Assembly (NCBI GenBank): GCA_902599655.1
Contig: CACKGC010000002.1
Location: forward strand, 13,951-77,950
Source of the DNA: an uncultured Fidelibacterota bacterium
GTDB lineage: Bacteria > Fidelibacterota > Marinisomatia > Marinisomatales > Marinisomataceae
Direction: 5' to 3'
DNA: 64,000 nucleotides
Positions within the stretch are counted from its first letter, which is position 1. Each line of letters opens with the position of its first letter. The position numbers and the translations under genes were made by a program. Positions 63,855 to 64,000 of the stretch are shown in pieces. The notes under the pieces are model-generated. The model made no database searches. It worked only from the letters and a program-made list of their open reading frames with translations, and was not told where the DNA came from.

Positions 63855-64000
63855 ATGGCAAAACAAGAATCTATAGAAGTAGAAGGTACTATTAAGGAAG
63901 CTTTACCTGGTGCAAGATTTAGGGTAACCATAAATCTTGGAGGAAAAGAGCATGAAGTTTTAGCTCACGTAAGCGGGAAAATGAGAATGCACTTTATTAA
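63855..64000 (+). CDS. infA: Translation initiation factor IF-1 (3'-truncated by window edge)
   Basis: [24 protein letters not shown]...[13 protein letters not shown]. Confidence 0.97.
   Translation, partial: MAKQESIEVEGTIKEALPGARFRVTINLGGKEHEVLAHVSGKMRMHFI

Overview
AT-rich (roughly 30% GC by eye), highly compacted bacterial core-genome segment. Every credible gene (about 80 CDS and 5 tRNAs) lies on the + strand, mostly joined by overlapping stop/start codons. Gene order and protein signatures (Bat operon, tatA-gatA, gcvT-ftsK-lolA, tRNA-tuf-rpmG-tRNA-Trp-secE-nusG, str operon without tuf, secY-map without adk, Smc Q-loop 'IEL') point to an FCB-superphylum organism. Shine-Dalgarno use and streamlining suggest a marine lineage such as Ca. 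Marinimicrobia (inference, not verified). Content: ispG end, mscS, dut, groESL, folK/dNK, rsmE, hinT, smc, rpsP-trmD-rplS, yicC-gmk-rpoZ-ung, dnaB, rel, ruvX, lnt, truA, htrA, tatA, gatA, batA-E, yebC-ruvC-ruvA, gcvT, ftsK, gmhB-like, ddl, cysS, the tRNA/tuf cluster, rpoBC and the str/S10/spc cluster up to infA. I saw no mobile elements, CRISPR arrays or rRNA. The standout is a 687-aa Smc with canonical Smc heads, no hinge domain, roughly half-length arms, and a lone CxxCG exactly at its midpoint, a candidate natural 'zinc-hook mini-Smc'. Other notable items: an apicomplexan-like dUTPase, a ddl gene lacking a canonical start (ATT at an apparently mutated ATGA overlap), a perfect sigma-54 promoter before groESL, a DnaA box before dnaB, several zinc-free protein variants, and no room for ribosomal-protein leader RNAs.
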